Source of the DNA: Lingula anatina
Taxonomy: Eukaryota > Animalia > Brachiopoda
Assembly (NCBI GenBank): GCA_051362555.1
Contig: CM120648.1
Span: 10,970,587 to 11,034,586, forward strand
Direction: 5' to 3'
Length of the DNA: 64,000 nucleotides
In this document: one piece after another, positions 28,901 through 39,697 of the stretch
Layout: every line of letters begins with the position of its first letter
Position numbering within the stretch: position 1 is the first letter of the stretch
The notes under the pieces: generated by a model
Database searches by the model: none
Seen by the model: the letters and a program-made list of their open reading frames with translations, nothing else
What the model was told of the DNA's origin: nothing
Made by a program: the position numbers and the translations under genes

Positions 28901-29691
28901 AGACCATCTATTCAGAATGAGAGGAAAGACCTGGAATGACATAAGAGCTTGTGACTGAAGTCAGTTTTAACTTTTAGACTAACCTTTTCGTCTACAAAGA
29001 CAACAGGAAAACTCATGCAAAATTAAACTCGTCCTGTAACAAAAAGGAAATAGTTTTTTTAAATGTTTCTTGTGTACTTTTTACAAAAGGTCACAGTGGA
29101 TATATATTACAGATTTATCCCAAAATGATTTATACTTGAAACAGACTAAAATTTAGGCCTTAAAGTTCAGACTAATTTTCGCTCTTAAATTCTTTTTTGA
29201 AAGTGACGTCAGAATTAAAATCTTTACCAGATTTGACCTGATCTGACCTGCTGTTAAGCATTCCTCTGGTCTGAGGAAAAACTTTGACATACGGGCTAAA
29301 ATAATACACAACGACTTAGTGGGAGTTTAATTTAAAACCTACAAGATGTGACTTCACCATTTTTTTGCCTTTGCTGCTACCAAAGTATTTTCCATTTATT
29401 TATTCACCAAAGCTCTAATGTGAGTGCACCACTGTTCATAGTGAATTTTCTATCATTAAATTGTGTGATGGCACAGTTTTCATTATTGTGAATATTTATG
29501 TAACTATTCACATTTAATTCCTATATGCCAATTCAGTTTTTCCAATCCAAAATATCCAGTTGCATAACCATCAAAAAATATACTGCGTAAGTAAAGAAAG
29601 AATTCCTCAGATGAAAGAAAATTTGACCAAAAATTTGCCGTTCAACTCCCCCATACTCCTCTACTCACAGAAACATATTGCTGATCCATGC

Positions 29692-29723
<32 letters not shown>

Positions 29724-32700
29724 CTCGACACTAACTTCTGTAGCACAACTTCCTTCAACCTAACATAATCATCTTTCTGGTCCATCAGAGACTGTATATA
29801 TATTTACAGAATTAGCCATGTGTCAATGGCATGGAGGAGAACCAGGGTGTTAAATTATTCAAACTAAGCAAACACAGACCAGTTAGAGTAGAGGAGGTGA
29901 AAACAAAAACTTGGGTCTCAATGGGGGAGTTTGTTTTCTCAATGGCTTAGGGTGGTCTATTGGAACAGCAACATAGGGGTGGGGCCAGAGCCAAAACAAT
30001 AATACTTCTAGAAATTCAATATTGATTTATAAATTGAATTTCTCAAATAAACCTGGAAGGCTAGAAATATAGAAAATGTTGACAAAGTGCCTAAATTGCA
30101 TTATAAATTATTAGGAAAGGAAAAAGAGGGGAGAGGGTTATGATTTCCTGACAAATAGGTTAATCCTTGTTTGTGGGCTTTTGAACTATTATGGTTTTAT
30201 TTGTTCACTGGTTTCCTACTGCATTCATGCTTTTCGTCACTGTACACAGCTTTGAGCTCAGTATTGAAGGTATACTGTAAGATTATGTCAACTTATTGCA
30301 CAAAGTATTATAATCTGGCTAATGTTTGGAAGACTTCTGGAATCCGACCAGTTCTAATGTACTCAAGAAAATGTTCAGATTTGTGAGGAGGTGGGGGGGG
30401 TAGGTTGACCCCAACATTACCCATAAAACCTGTTAAAATATGGGGGTGCTAAAGAAAAATACCCTCATCTTTCATTGTAAATAAACAGAAATATGTAACC
30501 GGTAAATTAGTCTTTGAAATAAGATTACAACATAACCCTAAACTTAAATTCCTTTGTTTGATTTTGTTTTTTCGTGTTTCTTATGTCCTTCACATAAAAA
30601 TGGTTTCCAGGTCACAACATCAGCCCAGACAGCACAAAAAGTCACATCTTTATTCACAGGTGTACAGCGCCTATGTGTAGTGAACAACTGGATATATCAA
30701 TTACAAGTTATTCCGATTTATCCAAGAAGGCAATGACAAAGCTAAAATATCACTTACATATTACACCCAGACTCGGCAGCAAAATTGACAGGTCCTAGGT
30801 ATCATTTTCGTGTGATAGTGACTGCATTGACAAGCGGCAAAGCTGACCTGCAGACTTGGGCCTCGTTCCCATACCTAAGCCGATCTAGCAGGATCGACCC
30901 ATCTCTGAGGGGTTTCTCACTAAATTGCGTTCAACTTAAGCTGCTACGATATCTGGCACGCCTACTGAAGCTGGTTAACTAGAGTTGATTACCCCCTTAG
31001 CTACAGTGGGTGTGTCAGAAATCAGAGCCGCTTTAGCTGAATGTAATTTAGCAAGTAACCCCTCAGAGATGGGTGTCCTGATAGATCTATCTAGGTATAG
31101 GAATGGAGTCTTGGTCACTGTATACATATATATCATTTTCATAGACAATATTTGTGTAGCTTGAGTGACCGGTCAAATATATCATTTCACAAAACCAATG
31201 GAGAATTTTTGAATGCACACAGTCATTTTTTTTCTGTTCCTTTATACACTTTCGTGAAAACTGACCTCCTTTCTCTAATACAGTGACACAGAAATGAACT
31301 CTATTATCATAATTATTTTCAGTCAAGGTCCAAGATGACCAGTGAGGTTCAAAATATAGTGGACAGTAGGATAGTTATGGGACACCATATTCTCAAACTT
31401 GACTAATAAGTTACCAGTGGTGACTGAAACAAAATAAACACAGCTCTCCATTTAGAAGGTCTCATTTTCTTGTGTAACAACTGTTACATATATACATCAA
31501 CAATGTCAGTGATTGTATTTTGGGTATCAGTTACATATAACAATAGCAGTACACATAATGATGGAGCTTGCCCAACTTCCCAGCACTAGGTCCATAACTT
31601 AGTGGCATGGCTGGACTACTAGTATACTATTAATCAAGAAGTTGTCTGGTAAAACCAGTGCATATCAGTTATTCACCTGTACATTTCAGTTAGGCACATG
31701 TGGATTACACGGGTGGCTACAGGACTGAACAAAATTTTTTGTTCAAAATAGTGCAGTTATGCTAGAAATCAGTTTATGTAAGCTGCTATTGAATTGGAGG
31801 ATAGGAGTCTTGAGCTGACTGTGTCTGTGTCTGAATACTTGTTTTGTTTTTTAAATATATATCTAGAGTAACTGCAAATAAAAACTGATAATCACTATGG
31901 CATAAATGCAAAAATATGCCGTCAGCATTTATGTTGGTCAGATTTGCTATAAAAGTTTTGGACAAACACTCTTTAAGGAAGACACAATGTGATAACTCGT
32001 ACTAAATAGTCAAACAAAGGGGAAATAAATGATGAATAGCAATAAAGAATGTTATTACTATTATTATGTTTTAATTTATCTTTCCTGGGTCTTCTCAAGA
32101 AAATGGGCTGTCTATTTTTGGATGTTTTTTCCAATGTAAATAATTAAGTAAATTGATCCTAAACTGATTTTGGAAGAGTTTTGAGCTGCCTGGAGAAGAA
32201 ATAACAAAGATGACCGGTCTTATCATGATCTCCCCCCCCCCCCCCCACCTCCCCCTTTCCCCCTTCACCAACCCCCAAAGAGGGATCACTTTATTCACAT
32301 CTCAGCACTAAGCAAAAGTCCTTCTGATGTTTATACCTTTCCAACTCAGCCTTCAAAATACCTTCCTCCTCTTCATGCTTGCTGAATAGGTTTTAAGGGG
32401 AGGATCACTTTTCACCTAGACGCTAATGCATCCTCAACTGTTTCACCTCAGCAGCGGATTAACACTCTCTGTTGAGCCGAAAGCTTTCAGAACCCATCAT
32501 GGTATAGTAACAGTCCACACACACTACTGCTACAGACTGGCATTCCAGATTTTCTGTCAATTTTTTTCCTTTTCAATTAATAAAAGGCCTATATCTGGAT
32601 TCCATTTAAATGTTTATAAAGGTTTAGGTTTAACATTAACACTTACTTTCTTTTTATTGCTGTGGTAAACTGACACACCCACTCTTCCCTGCTATGAATT

Positions 32701-33313
32701 TCAACTACTGAAATTTAATTTTTAGTTTCACTTCCTTTTATTACCCCTCCCATTCTTTTTTTTATTATTATTACAGTCAGAACTGCTAAAATTCAACTCA
32801 ATAGTTATTTTACGCTTTTCATGAAAATCAAAACTCTTTATCTCTCTCTGTAAATATGCAACTGCAAAAACTGAAGTGAATTAATAATAAATCAAATCAT
32901 TGCTTCTCATGACATAATAACATTTACGATCCTGGAAGTTAAACAAAATGACCATCAAAGCTAACCCCAATCTGTTACCTAGTAACAATGACGCTCTTAA
33001 TTAAGATTTAAGAATTCTCAAGTATTTACACCTCGGCTTCATTAAAACCAGCGAGCTCTAGCTTCAGTCTTCAAGAACTCAAAACAATGGCCCGTTGTAC
33101 TTTCAAATCAACTGGAGCACAGAAGGGCATCGCCTCCGAGGCGAGTACGTGTGTCAGAGAACGAATTAACTACATTCCTTCAAGTTTCTGTATTTAGTGC
33201 ATGCATTTACTTACATTTGGGGATTTCTTTTCACCTTGCCTACCAGTTGCTCCGACACAGGTGATGTAAACTACAGCCCAAAGCAAGCAGACAATCGTAA
33301 GTTTCCGATCCAT
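1094..33313 (-). CDS. Syndecan-like heparan/chondroitin sulfate proteoglycan, 5' part (exons 33313-33215, 10657-10462, 1194-1094); continues beyond left edge
   Basis: Three GT-AG-bounded exons splice in frame (phases 0,1,0): [33 protein letters not shown]|[65 protein letters not shown]|[34 protein letters not shown]. The layout is a signal peptide, then Ser-Gly GAG sites in acidic context, with a 22.5-kb first intron, which is typical of syndecans. The diagnostic TM/cytoplasmic domain lies outside the window. Confidence 0.75.
1618..1664. repeat. (CA)n microsatellite
   Basis: Direct reading. Confidence 0.95.
2436..2693. mobile_element. Palindromic MITE, family A1 (PIF/Harbinger-type)
   Basis: TIR GACCCCAT..CCATACCTAGATCGATCTAACAGGATCGATCCATCT with its reverse complement at the right end; flanks AAA/TAA. 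Confidence 0.8.
3504..3695. mobile_element. 5'-truncated MITE, family C
   Basis: Near-identical to the right two-thirds of 26445-26746; ends GTGAATGCGATC followed by TTA. Confidence 0.8.
3699..3934. mobile_element. MITE, family A, abutting the family C copy
   Basis: GACTAGGTTCCCATAA...TTATGGGAATGGTCCC with TTA on both sides. Confidence 0.75.
5658..5882. mobile_element. MITE, family A2
   Basis: GACCCCATTCCCATAGATTTTAG...TCTCTGGGAATGCACCC, TSD TAT/TAT; homologous to the copies at 39698, 48374 and 56985. Confidence 0.85.
6397..9577 (-). mobile_element. Helentron-like non-autonomous element (HINE/DINE-1 architecture) with internal tandem repeats, partially duplicated
   Basis: On the - strand: T-run, perfect hairpin ATGTACAGACAC-4nt-GTGTCTGTACAT (9545-9572), (GTC/GCCGAT)n microsatellite, long internal direct repeats, subterminal IR (+ strand ATGTACAGAC, 6419-6428), short hairpin, TTGTT end. 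A second, shorter hairpin plus microsatellite end lies at ~8050-8136. Confidence 0.75.
10164..10446. repeat. (CT)n plus compound (CA)n microsatellite adjacent to syndecan exon 2 donor
   Basis: Direct reading. Confidence 0.9.
10462..10657 (-). CDS. Syndecan-like exon 2 (GAG-attachment region)
   Basis: Acceptor TTTTTCATTTCAG|, donor CAG|GTAAGG, 196 bp open. Encodes [28 protein letters not shown]. Confidence 0.85.
16152..16637. mobile_element. Palindromic MITE (outer) carrying a nested MITE
   Basis: Arms GGGACTGTTCAGGATGAG... / ...CTCATTCTGAACTGCCCC; internal IR GGGGACTCTCACTGAATGCAAT. Confidence 0.75.
16199..16419. mobile_element. Nested MITE (inner)
   Basis: TIR CCCCTTTACACTGGACGGCGTCCT / AGGACGCCGTCCAGTGTAAAGGGG, TSD TTA/TTA. 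Confidence 0.85.
19605..19815. mobile_element. Degenerate copy of CAGG-ended MITE family D
   Basis: Shares AAAGTCCACT motifs and the CTGAAAT..CTGGC.AC.GGC..TG end with 46683/52214; decayed. Confidence 0.55.
20123..20336. mobile_element. Palindromic MITE
   Basis: GGCTTCGTTCACATGAAAAAT... / ...ATTTTTCATGTGAACGGAGTC, ~65-bp IR, TSD TCA/TCA. Confidence 0.85.
21968..22080. repeat. Short inverted repeat / hairpin
   Basis: Perfect 20-bp stem TACTGGATCTTACATTGAAA (21998-22017 / 22032-22051), 14-nt loop, imperfect outer extension. Confidence 0.8.
24662..24890. mobile_element. MITE, family A1 (degenerate left arm)
   Basis: Right arm AGATGGATCGATCCTGTTAGATCGATCTAGGTATAGGAA matches the 2436 and 30859 copies. 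Confidence 0.7.
25370..25554. mobile_element. MITE, family B
   Basis: GAACACATTCACAACAG...CTGTTCTGAATGCGCTC, flanks TAG/TAA; homologous to 51032. Confidence 0.8.
25930..25981. repeat. (CA)n microsatellite
   Basis: Direct reading. Confidence 0.95.
26061..26244. mobile_element. MITE, family B
   Basis: CATTCAGAACAGTGGACTT...AAGTCCGCTGTTGTGAATG inverted arms. Confidence 0.75.
26252..26441. mobile_element. MITE, family B-related
   Basis: GTGGGCATTTAGAACAAGTTGAT...ATCAACTAGTTCTGAATGCCCTC, flanks TGA/TTA. Confidence 0.7.
26445..26746. mobile_element. MITE, family C (full length, almost entirely palindromic)
   Basis: ~130-bp near-perfect arms, GCTCGCATTCAC...GTGAATGCGATC, TSD TTA/TTA. Confidence 0.9.
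28532..28863. mobile_element. TTAA-flanked MITE (Kolobok-type termini)
   Basis: TTAA-AGGGATAACAACTGTTCA ... TGAACAGTTGTTATCCCT-TTAA. Confidence 0.75.
30859..31110. mobile_element. MITE, family A1
   Basis: GGCCTCGTTCCCATACCTA...TAGGTATAGGAATGGAGTC, TSD TTG/TTG. Confidence 0.85.
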
Positions 33314-33800
33314 CGTCAATTTCTCTTTCACTCCACCTAGGGAGCTACCACGCTGAAACAGGCTTCTTCTCTCCGACTCTCTCCCTCTCTCTCTCTCTCT
33401 CTCTCTTGCACTTAATTGACCGGCGTGAAATTCCTAAGTTTTTTCCGGGCTAATTCATCTGCAGTCGACGTTTTCCTACTTTGGTTGTTGAAGCTAGAGT
33501 CCTGACTTTCCTCTTGTACCTCCTTTCGCAGATCTGCTGCCTATACCGAGATAAAAACAGCAAAATTCTGCCGGCTATCTTCGCTTCCTTCTAACCACCG
33601 CAGAATCACCAGCCGGAAAACTTCGGATGGAAGCGCCCTGGCTATTCCGATGGTCGCCTACACTCCCGCCGTCAAACCGCAGATTCACCTCCTTCGCTCC
33701 TTGTTGGCTTCACGTAAACAACGAAACCGTTCTGAACAAACCCACACTTCAGTAGGAGTAAACATTCGCAGCCCCAGAGAAAGGTTTGAATCATCTGGGC
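33090..33800 (-). promoter_or_regulatory. CpG-rich promoter/5'UTR region of the syndecan-like gene
   Basis: Abrupt rise in CG dinucleotides and GC content around and upstream of exon 1, compared with the CpG-poor introns. TSS not determined. Confidence 0.5.
33215..33313 (-). CDS. Syndecan-like exon 1 (signal peptide)
   Basis: ATG at 33313, 33 codons with hydrophobic core [18 protein letters not shown], then canonical donor AAT|GTAAGT. Lies in a CpG-rich region. Confidence 0.8.
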
Positions 33801-34558
33801 TGAGTAATGTAGTGGAAATTCCTTCAACGATACACGGGAAATACCTAAAGTTCCGCACTATCACAACAGCCAGAGAGGTAGACGAGCTATATCTTTCCCC
33901 CCTTGCTCACAATGATATTTCAGCACATTTGAGCGAAACTGACGCATCTCAGGATTGAATTAACAGTATATAATCCGATACCTGCAATTAGCGTTGAATG
34001 AATTGGGGGGACAACAAAGGGCATCATTTTCTGATTTAATGGGACATAACCGTTGTAAAATGGAATCCAACAAGTGGCTTTTGTAATATGATACTGGGTA
34101 GAGAGTTAGCTATCTGTGAGTTCGTCTTTCATCTCCTCTTTCTCCGCCGTAGGCGTTGAATGGCTTCTTAAATTGCTCGTTATAATCAGACGATCTAGCT
34201 AAATCTACATGTACAAGTGTGGATCCGCTTTCCTTGTCTGCGTTAAATAATTTGCGTTTTTTTTTTTTTTTTTTTTTTGTTTTGTTTTTTGTTTTTGTTT
34301 GTGAAGTATTAGACCTAAATTATCAAACTGTTCCTATTGTTAAAGGAGACTTGCCTTTAATATGCTTTAATTTCTTAAAACAATCATCCCATTGTTTTTC
34401 CCCATCCGTTCATTTGTTTGTTCATTTTAGCTTGTAAATGGATTAAACGCCTCGATCTATTCTCACAGGAGAGATGAGCCCGTTGACAACAGACAACTGC
34501 CATTTTTACTGAGTTCTCTCCAGCCACCAATTACCATCCAAATAAATAAATAAATAAA

Positions 34559-34595
<37 letters not shown>

Positions 34596-34853
34596 CAAAA
34601 CACAGTTTTCTCACCGACAGACATCGATTATACACTTGTTATCAATGGGTTCCAACCCCATCCCTTACGATTATTTTTATCAATCAGTCAAACTGCTGTC
34701 AATATTGATTGATTGATTGACTGACTGACTGACTGACTGACTGATTGATAAAAATAAGCAAAATTAGGTTTCCAGACCCCGCGGTCTACCATGAGACAGG
34801 CAAGCTCAGTTGAGTTCTCTATCATAATCTCTATCATTTCATTGTTATCCGTT

Positions 34854-34895
<42 letters not shown>

Positions 34896-35895
34896 GTCTT
34901 TACTTCGGACTTTATGTCACTTAATACAACACAGAAACACAAGCGTTATATTCATTGGTCAACGAAGACATACTTAAAAAATTATTTGCATTTCTGTCAA
35001 ATTTTCTTTAGTCTATTTATTCATCAATATTATTGTCATCATTTTATGTATTAATTTATTTTTTTTCTGTTTTATTTCTTTGCATTTTGCTTTTTTTTTT
35101 CATATCACACACATAATTTCCTTCTATAATGCAGCGGCGACCGTGCAGTCTGGCAACGATATTTTGTCTTGAGAATGAAGCTCAACAGTGCTGTGGCGGA
35201 GATCACAATCCAGCACAATCAGACGTCTCATCTAGCACAATGACCAACCATTTCATGAACAGGACTGCCGCAACTGACATCCTTCATATCTCTTGGCAGG
35301 GATACCATCCGTCTTCGATTGAGCCAGTTCAAGTGCACAGATAGATCTCTCGATGAAAAATATTTAAATATTGAAGTATATCATGATAATGGTGGATCTT
35401 CTTAATGTGTTAAACATTTCCCTTTCCAAATCCATCATTAGTGAATTTTCCTCTAGCCAGCGACTGGATGGCTAACACAGTGGGTACAGATACATTGTAC
35501 TCTGCTTACATGTTCTCTGCAAGTTTTTCGCCTAATCATTGAATGTGACAGCCAAAATAGGCAATTAACATCATTCAGTTATTCATTACGCCATCATGGC
35601 ATGTAAACCGCTTTGATCAACTGGCACTTGAATGAGGTTTGCTCTTCTATTCGAACACTGTATAATAGATAGTTGTATTAAATTGCTTTGATAAAAAGAA
35701 TCCTTTGTTTGTTGTTGGAAGGTGTGTATTTCAATTTTGTATGCCTGTATATTATCTCCCTGACAATAGTAATAGAATGTGTAATAATGTTTGAAAAATA
35801 AGCTGCTTGTGTGGCATATTGGAGAATAAAAAGGGAGGTAAATTCAAGATGAGATAGCACAAAATCAAAAAGGCAAAACTTAAAAAAAGATGAAA

Positions 35896-36044
35896 CGGGC
35901 CTGTAACGGGAGGGGGGGTGGGTCGAACCAACTTCCCTTTTCCCGTGAAAAGGTCCCCTCTGGACCAAATATGAGCTGGTTTCATGGGGAAAGGTCCACT
36001 TTTTTCAGAAAAAAAAGAATCTTTTATCGCTGGCTATGGGTTTG
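35896..36044. mobile_element. Degenerate MITE, family D
   Basis: CGGGCCTGTAAC...GCTGGCTATGGGTTTG, internal AAAGGTCC motifs. Confidence 0.6.
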
Positions 36045-36395
36045 CTTTTGTGTACAATAGGGTTTGTATCAGTGTTAAAAGATCATTATTCCATTCTCGG
36101 AGCAGTGCCTTTCTGCAACAAATTCATCACCAGATGAGTATTGTGAGCAAGCGTGTTATCACGATGAAGTCTGTAGTTATCTTTTAAGTCGCCTATTTAA
36201 ATGCACCTATTGACCCGAAACTCACAAAGATGAAAGGTGACCTCAAGCGTAACTTTTCACTGTAATATAAAAGCATAGATCTACTCAGTTTCTGAAAATT
36301 GGCACAAATAATTCGAAAATATTAAAGTGTGTTAAATGTTAAATTTCACAAAAATATTATTATTATTATTATTTTAATATAGAATATATGTAATA

Positions 36396-36520
36396 CAGGG
36401 GCGGGTTGAGGCCGTCTTCTGGGTCTTCCGGAAGACGGTCAGATTTTCAAGTTTACATGATAGGTATCTATTTTCTCTTTCGGAAGACGGTCAAAAATGG
36501 AGATCATTTGAAAGACGGGT
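36396..36520. mobile_element. CAGGGGCGG-ended MITE fragment, family E
   Basis: GGAAGACGGTCAGATTTTCAAGTTTACAT shared with the 44856 copy. Confidence 0.6.
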
Positions 36521-36539
36521 CATTGTAGTCGAGGAGAAG

Positions 36540-36791
36540 TGACAAATATCTTTTCACGATTTTTTTTACAAAAATATATGTGACCTTATTCCAATAGACC
36601 GAGGAACAAAAACTACCCTCTACCAGGATGACAGATATTATAGGCAAATTTTCCAAAAGCCAGAGAACCAAATGATGGTCGTCTATTTATCTCCATATCT
36701 GTGAATATCTTGTGAAAAATCAATGTGTCGCCCGGTTAGAGGGTAAGCAAAACTTAGCAGTACCGCCAGCGCTCACGCTGGTGGTACTAAT
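36540..36791 (-). mobile_element. Probable Helentron/HINE-type element end
   Basis: Terminal hairpin AGTACCGCCAGCG-CTCA-CGCTGGTGGTACT (36759-36788) followed by AAT; left boundary uncertain. Confidence 0.4.
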
Positions 36792-37344
36792 TAATAATAC
36801 AGTAGGCACGTAAGGGACGTATTCCCAGGAGGCTTTTATTTCATTTGTGTAAAATTTCTATCCATACTTCTCATGAATTCAAAAATTTCAGGAGGCTTTA
36901 GTTTCATTAGTGTAAAATGTCTATCCAAATGCTTCTCAAATTCAAATGTTTTCAGGAAACCAGTTTTATGTAGTACTTTATGCAGAGAAATTACATGCAA
37001 AAACTGTTAAATACTTCCTAGATTTCGTAAGTAGAACTATATCTTAAACCATCTAAAATAAAGCTTTACAACAGCATTTGTACAAAACCCACAATATAAA
37101 TGGTTGGATCCGCTTTAGATTAAAGATTTGTTACTATTTGTCAAAAAATTCGCTTAAAATCTACACAAGCGGTGACGCAGAGGGCTGCTACGTTTTCTGT
37201 AAATGTTTCCTATGATAAAAACACTTAATCTTATTTCATTCATTTTTTCGTCTTAACTAAAAATGCAGCGAGAGTTACCGTGACTGTGTATTTTACATTT
37301 TACATTAGTAACCGTCATCTACATTTACACGGCGAAGAACTGTG

Positions 37345-38479
37345 TTACTCTACAGAATCTTCCATCCGGATACCCATAAAAGAAGTGGACGCCGTGTTCG
37401 GAATGGTGGACACACTTTGCCTGCTGAAGCTTTGACCCCTACCTGGTGTTTCAGCACTCCCACGACGACAACGAAAACATTCTTTAAAGAGGTTCACCAA
37501 CGCATCCCGAAAGACCCGAGCCGACGAAACATAAAGAAAAAAGTTTATATTGTGATTCAGCAAACTTAACAGGTACAACATTGACAGTTGGTAGATAAAC
37601 CCGGCGTATTGCTGCGTGAAAAAGTCACCAAACAAATCTATGGTCGGCAGGCAGAGGGAAAAGATGATGAAAGGCCAAGTAAGCAGGATGAACGCTGTCA
37701 GTGTAGTTAATAGTAGAATATTGACTTTGGTGTTCGTCGACCCACTGCTGTCACCGTGCTGCTGATGACCAAACAGTTGTTGTCTAACGGAATGAATCTT
37801 CCTTAGTTTGCATACCATGGCGACCGTCATAACTGTAATGGCTTTTGTGATGACGGACAACACCACGATCAGTGCATAGTTCAAAACGGACATCTCATAT
37901 AATGTTTCTGGAGGTAAATGGCAACGTATAAAATCTGGAGACCTAAGTAATACAGCCAGAGGAACAAAAGAAACAGAAGTCACCAAAGCTTTTCGTCTTG
38001 TGCACAGAGAAGACGCTTGCAGTGGTTTAAAAATAATCACAACTCTCTCTATGGTTAACGCCAATATTAAGAATATGGAGAGCCAGTAACATGCGCCACC
38101 CAAAATATGTATAATGTGCTCTTTTCCACACGATGGCCCCGGACCTGTTCTTGTGTCATGCAAAATGCATTCACACGACAGGAGCGACAGTCGTGACTGG
38201 TCGGCAGCGGCAAGGAACAGAATATAAACGAAGGTGGACTTCTGCCTCATACTCGGACGTCGAAGAACCACCAGGAAGGTTAGGAAGTTACCAACCAGAC
38301 CGATGGCTGCCAAAGCGTGCACAGTTACAATAGCATGTCTCAAAGGGTACCCAGCATCTCTGCTCGGAGGAAAGCACAGTATAGTTTGCATCGTCCAAAT
38401 CGTACTTGCTTGTATTGCCAATGGAGACGCTACTGTTACCAAAAAGCCCAACTTCGTCCCAAGAGACATTCTCCTGCAT
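37345..38479 (-). CDS. Class A (rhodopsin-like) peptide-receptor-type GPCR (FMRFamide-receptor/GPR139-142-like); single coding exon, N-terminus apparently frameshifted
   Basis: The 374-aa ORF 38469-37345 has TM1 GLVGN, TM2 LAAAD, TM3 LTIERV, TM6 FILLTWP and TM7 NHNINFFLY plus helix 8 FR. The overlapping ORF from 38479 encodes a typical N-glycosylated receptor N-terminus. A possible 5'UTR intron spans 38926-38798. Confidence 0.85.
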
Positions 38480-39134
38480 TGTCAGTGTGTTTTCTTGGAG
38501 TTAATTCGTTTCCCGTGGATAGTCGTCGATATTTTGTATTTGCCCGTGTGTAGTCGTTGATATTAATTATTTCCTCGTGGAAAGTCGTTGATACACTATA
38601 GTAAAAGATTACAAACTTAACGTAGCTCACTGCCAGTATATCAATCCTCAGTGTGAAACCTAATATCGTCACTGAGTGGATTTCTGTCTTCTGATTGGTC
38701 GAGAAGTGTTGAGCATGTAGAAAAACCTCTCCCACTGAGCCTTGTTTCAAGCGCTGTCTCATGGGTCCATATTTTTCTGTATCCGACCAATCAGTACCTG
38801 TATAACTAATAAAATTTGTTTCCGGTTTAGATTATATTCTGTTTTTCTGAAATATGTACACGCTTTCAATATATTTCGAGATTTTGGAGATCAGGTCAAT
38901 TTATTAGCCGTCCGTGAGATCCTCACCTACTCCATGTTGGGCGGGTCAAGATGTTGTGCTTCTGGATAACGCTAGCGTGTATATGGTCAAGTTCTTCATA
39001 AATAAAGACACGACTTTTTCTATTCAATTCTGTCTCTGCCCATATAACTACGAACGTTGCCCGTCCTGATATTAAGCCGTAAAAGCAGATGCTGCAGAAG
39101 TTAGGTTGAAAGCTTCATGCCAGAGAGGACAAAG

Positions 39135-39360
39135 GAGCCCATTCATAACAAGCTGATCCGCGTACTAACAGATCCGAGGATCAAATATGGCCGACCCACT
39201 TAAAAGCAGGGGCTTGAAAATAAAACCTCGGAACCGATGTTTTATCCGATTAATGGCGCGTGTGTAGGCGGGGAGACCATCAGGGGATTAAACGGCATGC
39301 ATAGGCGCTCAGAGGGGTCGGCCATATTTAGTCCGCGGATCATCTGTTCATAATGCGCTT
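39135..39360. mobile_element. MITE, family B
   Basis: GAGCCCATTCATAACA..GATCCGCG / CGCGGATCATCTGTTCATAATGCGCTT; homologous to 51842. Confidence 0.75.
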
Positions 39361-39697
39361 CAAAGCTCGAATTCCAATAGTGCATATTTGGACATGTGCT
39401 ATTTTGTCCAAACTAATAAGTACAACAATAAATGCCATAAAGGGTGTATTTAGTTTAAGGTTGTTGAATTTTTGTCGCGGGTTTATGGGACAGAAATTTA
39501 AAGTTAGGGACATTCGATATCTGTACGTATGAATGATTTGTGTACGTGTTATAAGCGTGTCCTTATCGACTAAATGGCGATTTGCACTAGTAATAGTGTG
39601 TAACACTTCCCTGTAACTGACAATAGCAACATCAAGTTTTTATAACGCCGTCTCTTCGAAATGATAAAACTGATAGAAATTAGGCAAATCAGTCTAA

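Noticed and set aside
33650-35344. Divergent + strand gene (ORFs 33650-33958 and 35129-35344)
   Set aside because: No recognisable domain and no consistent splice chain. A divergent lncRNA cannot be excluded but is unsupported.
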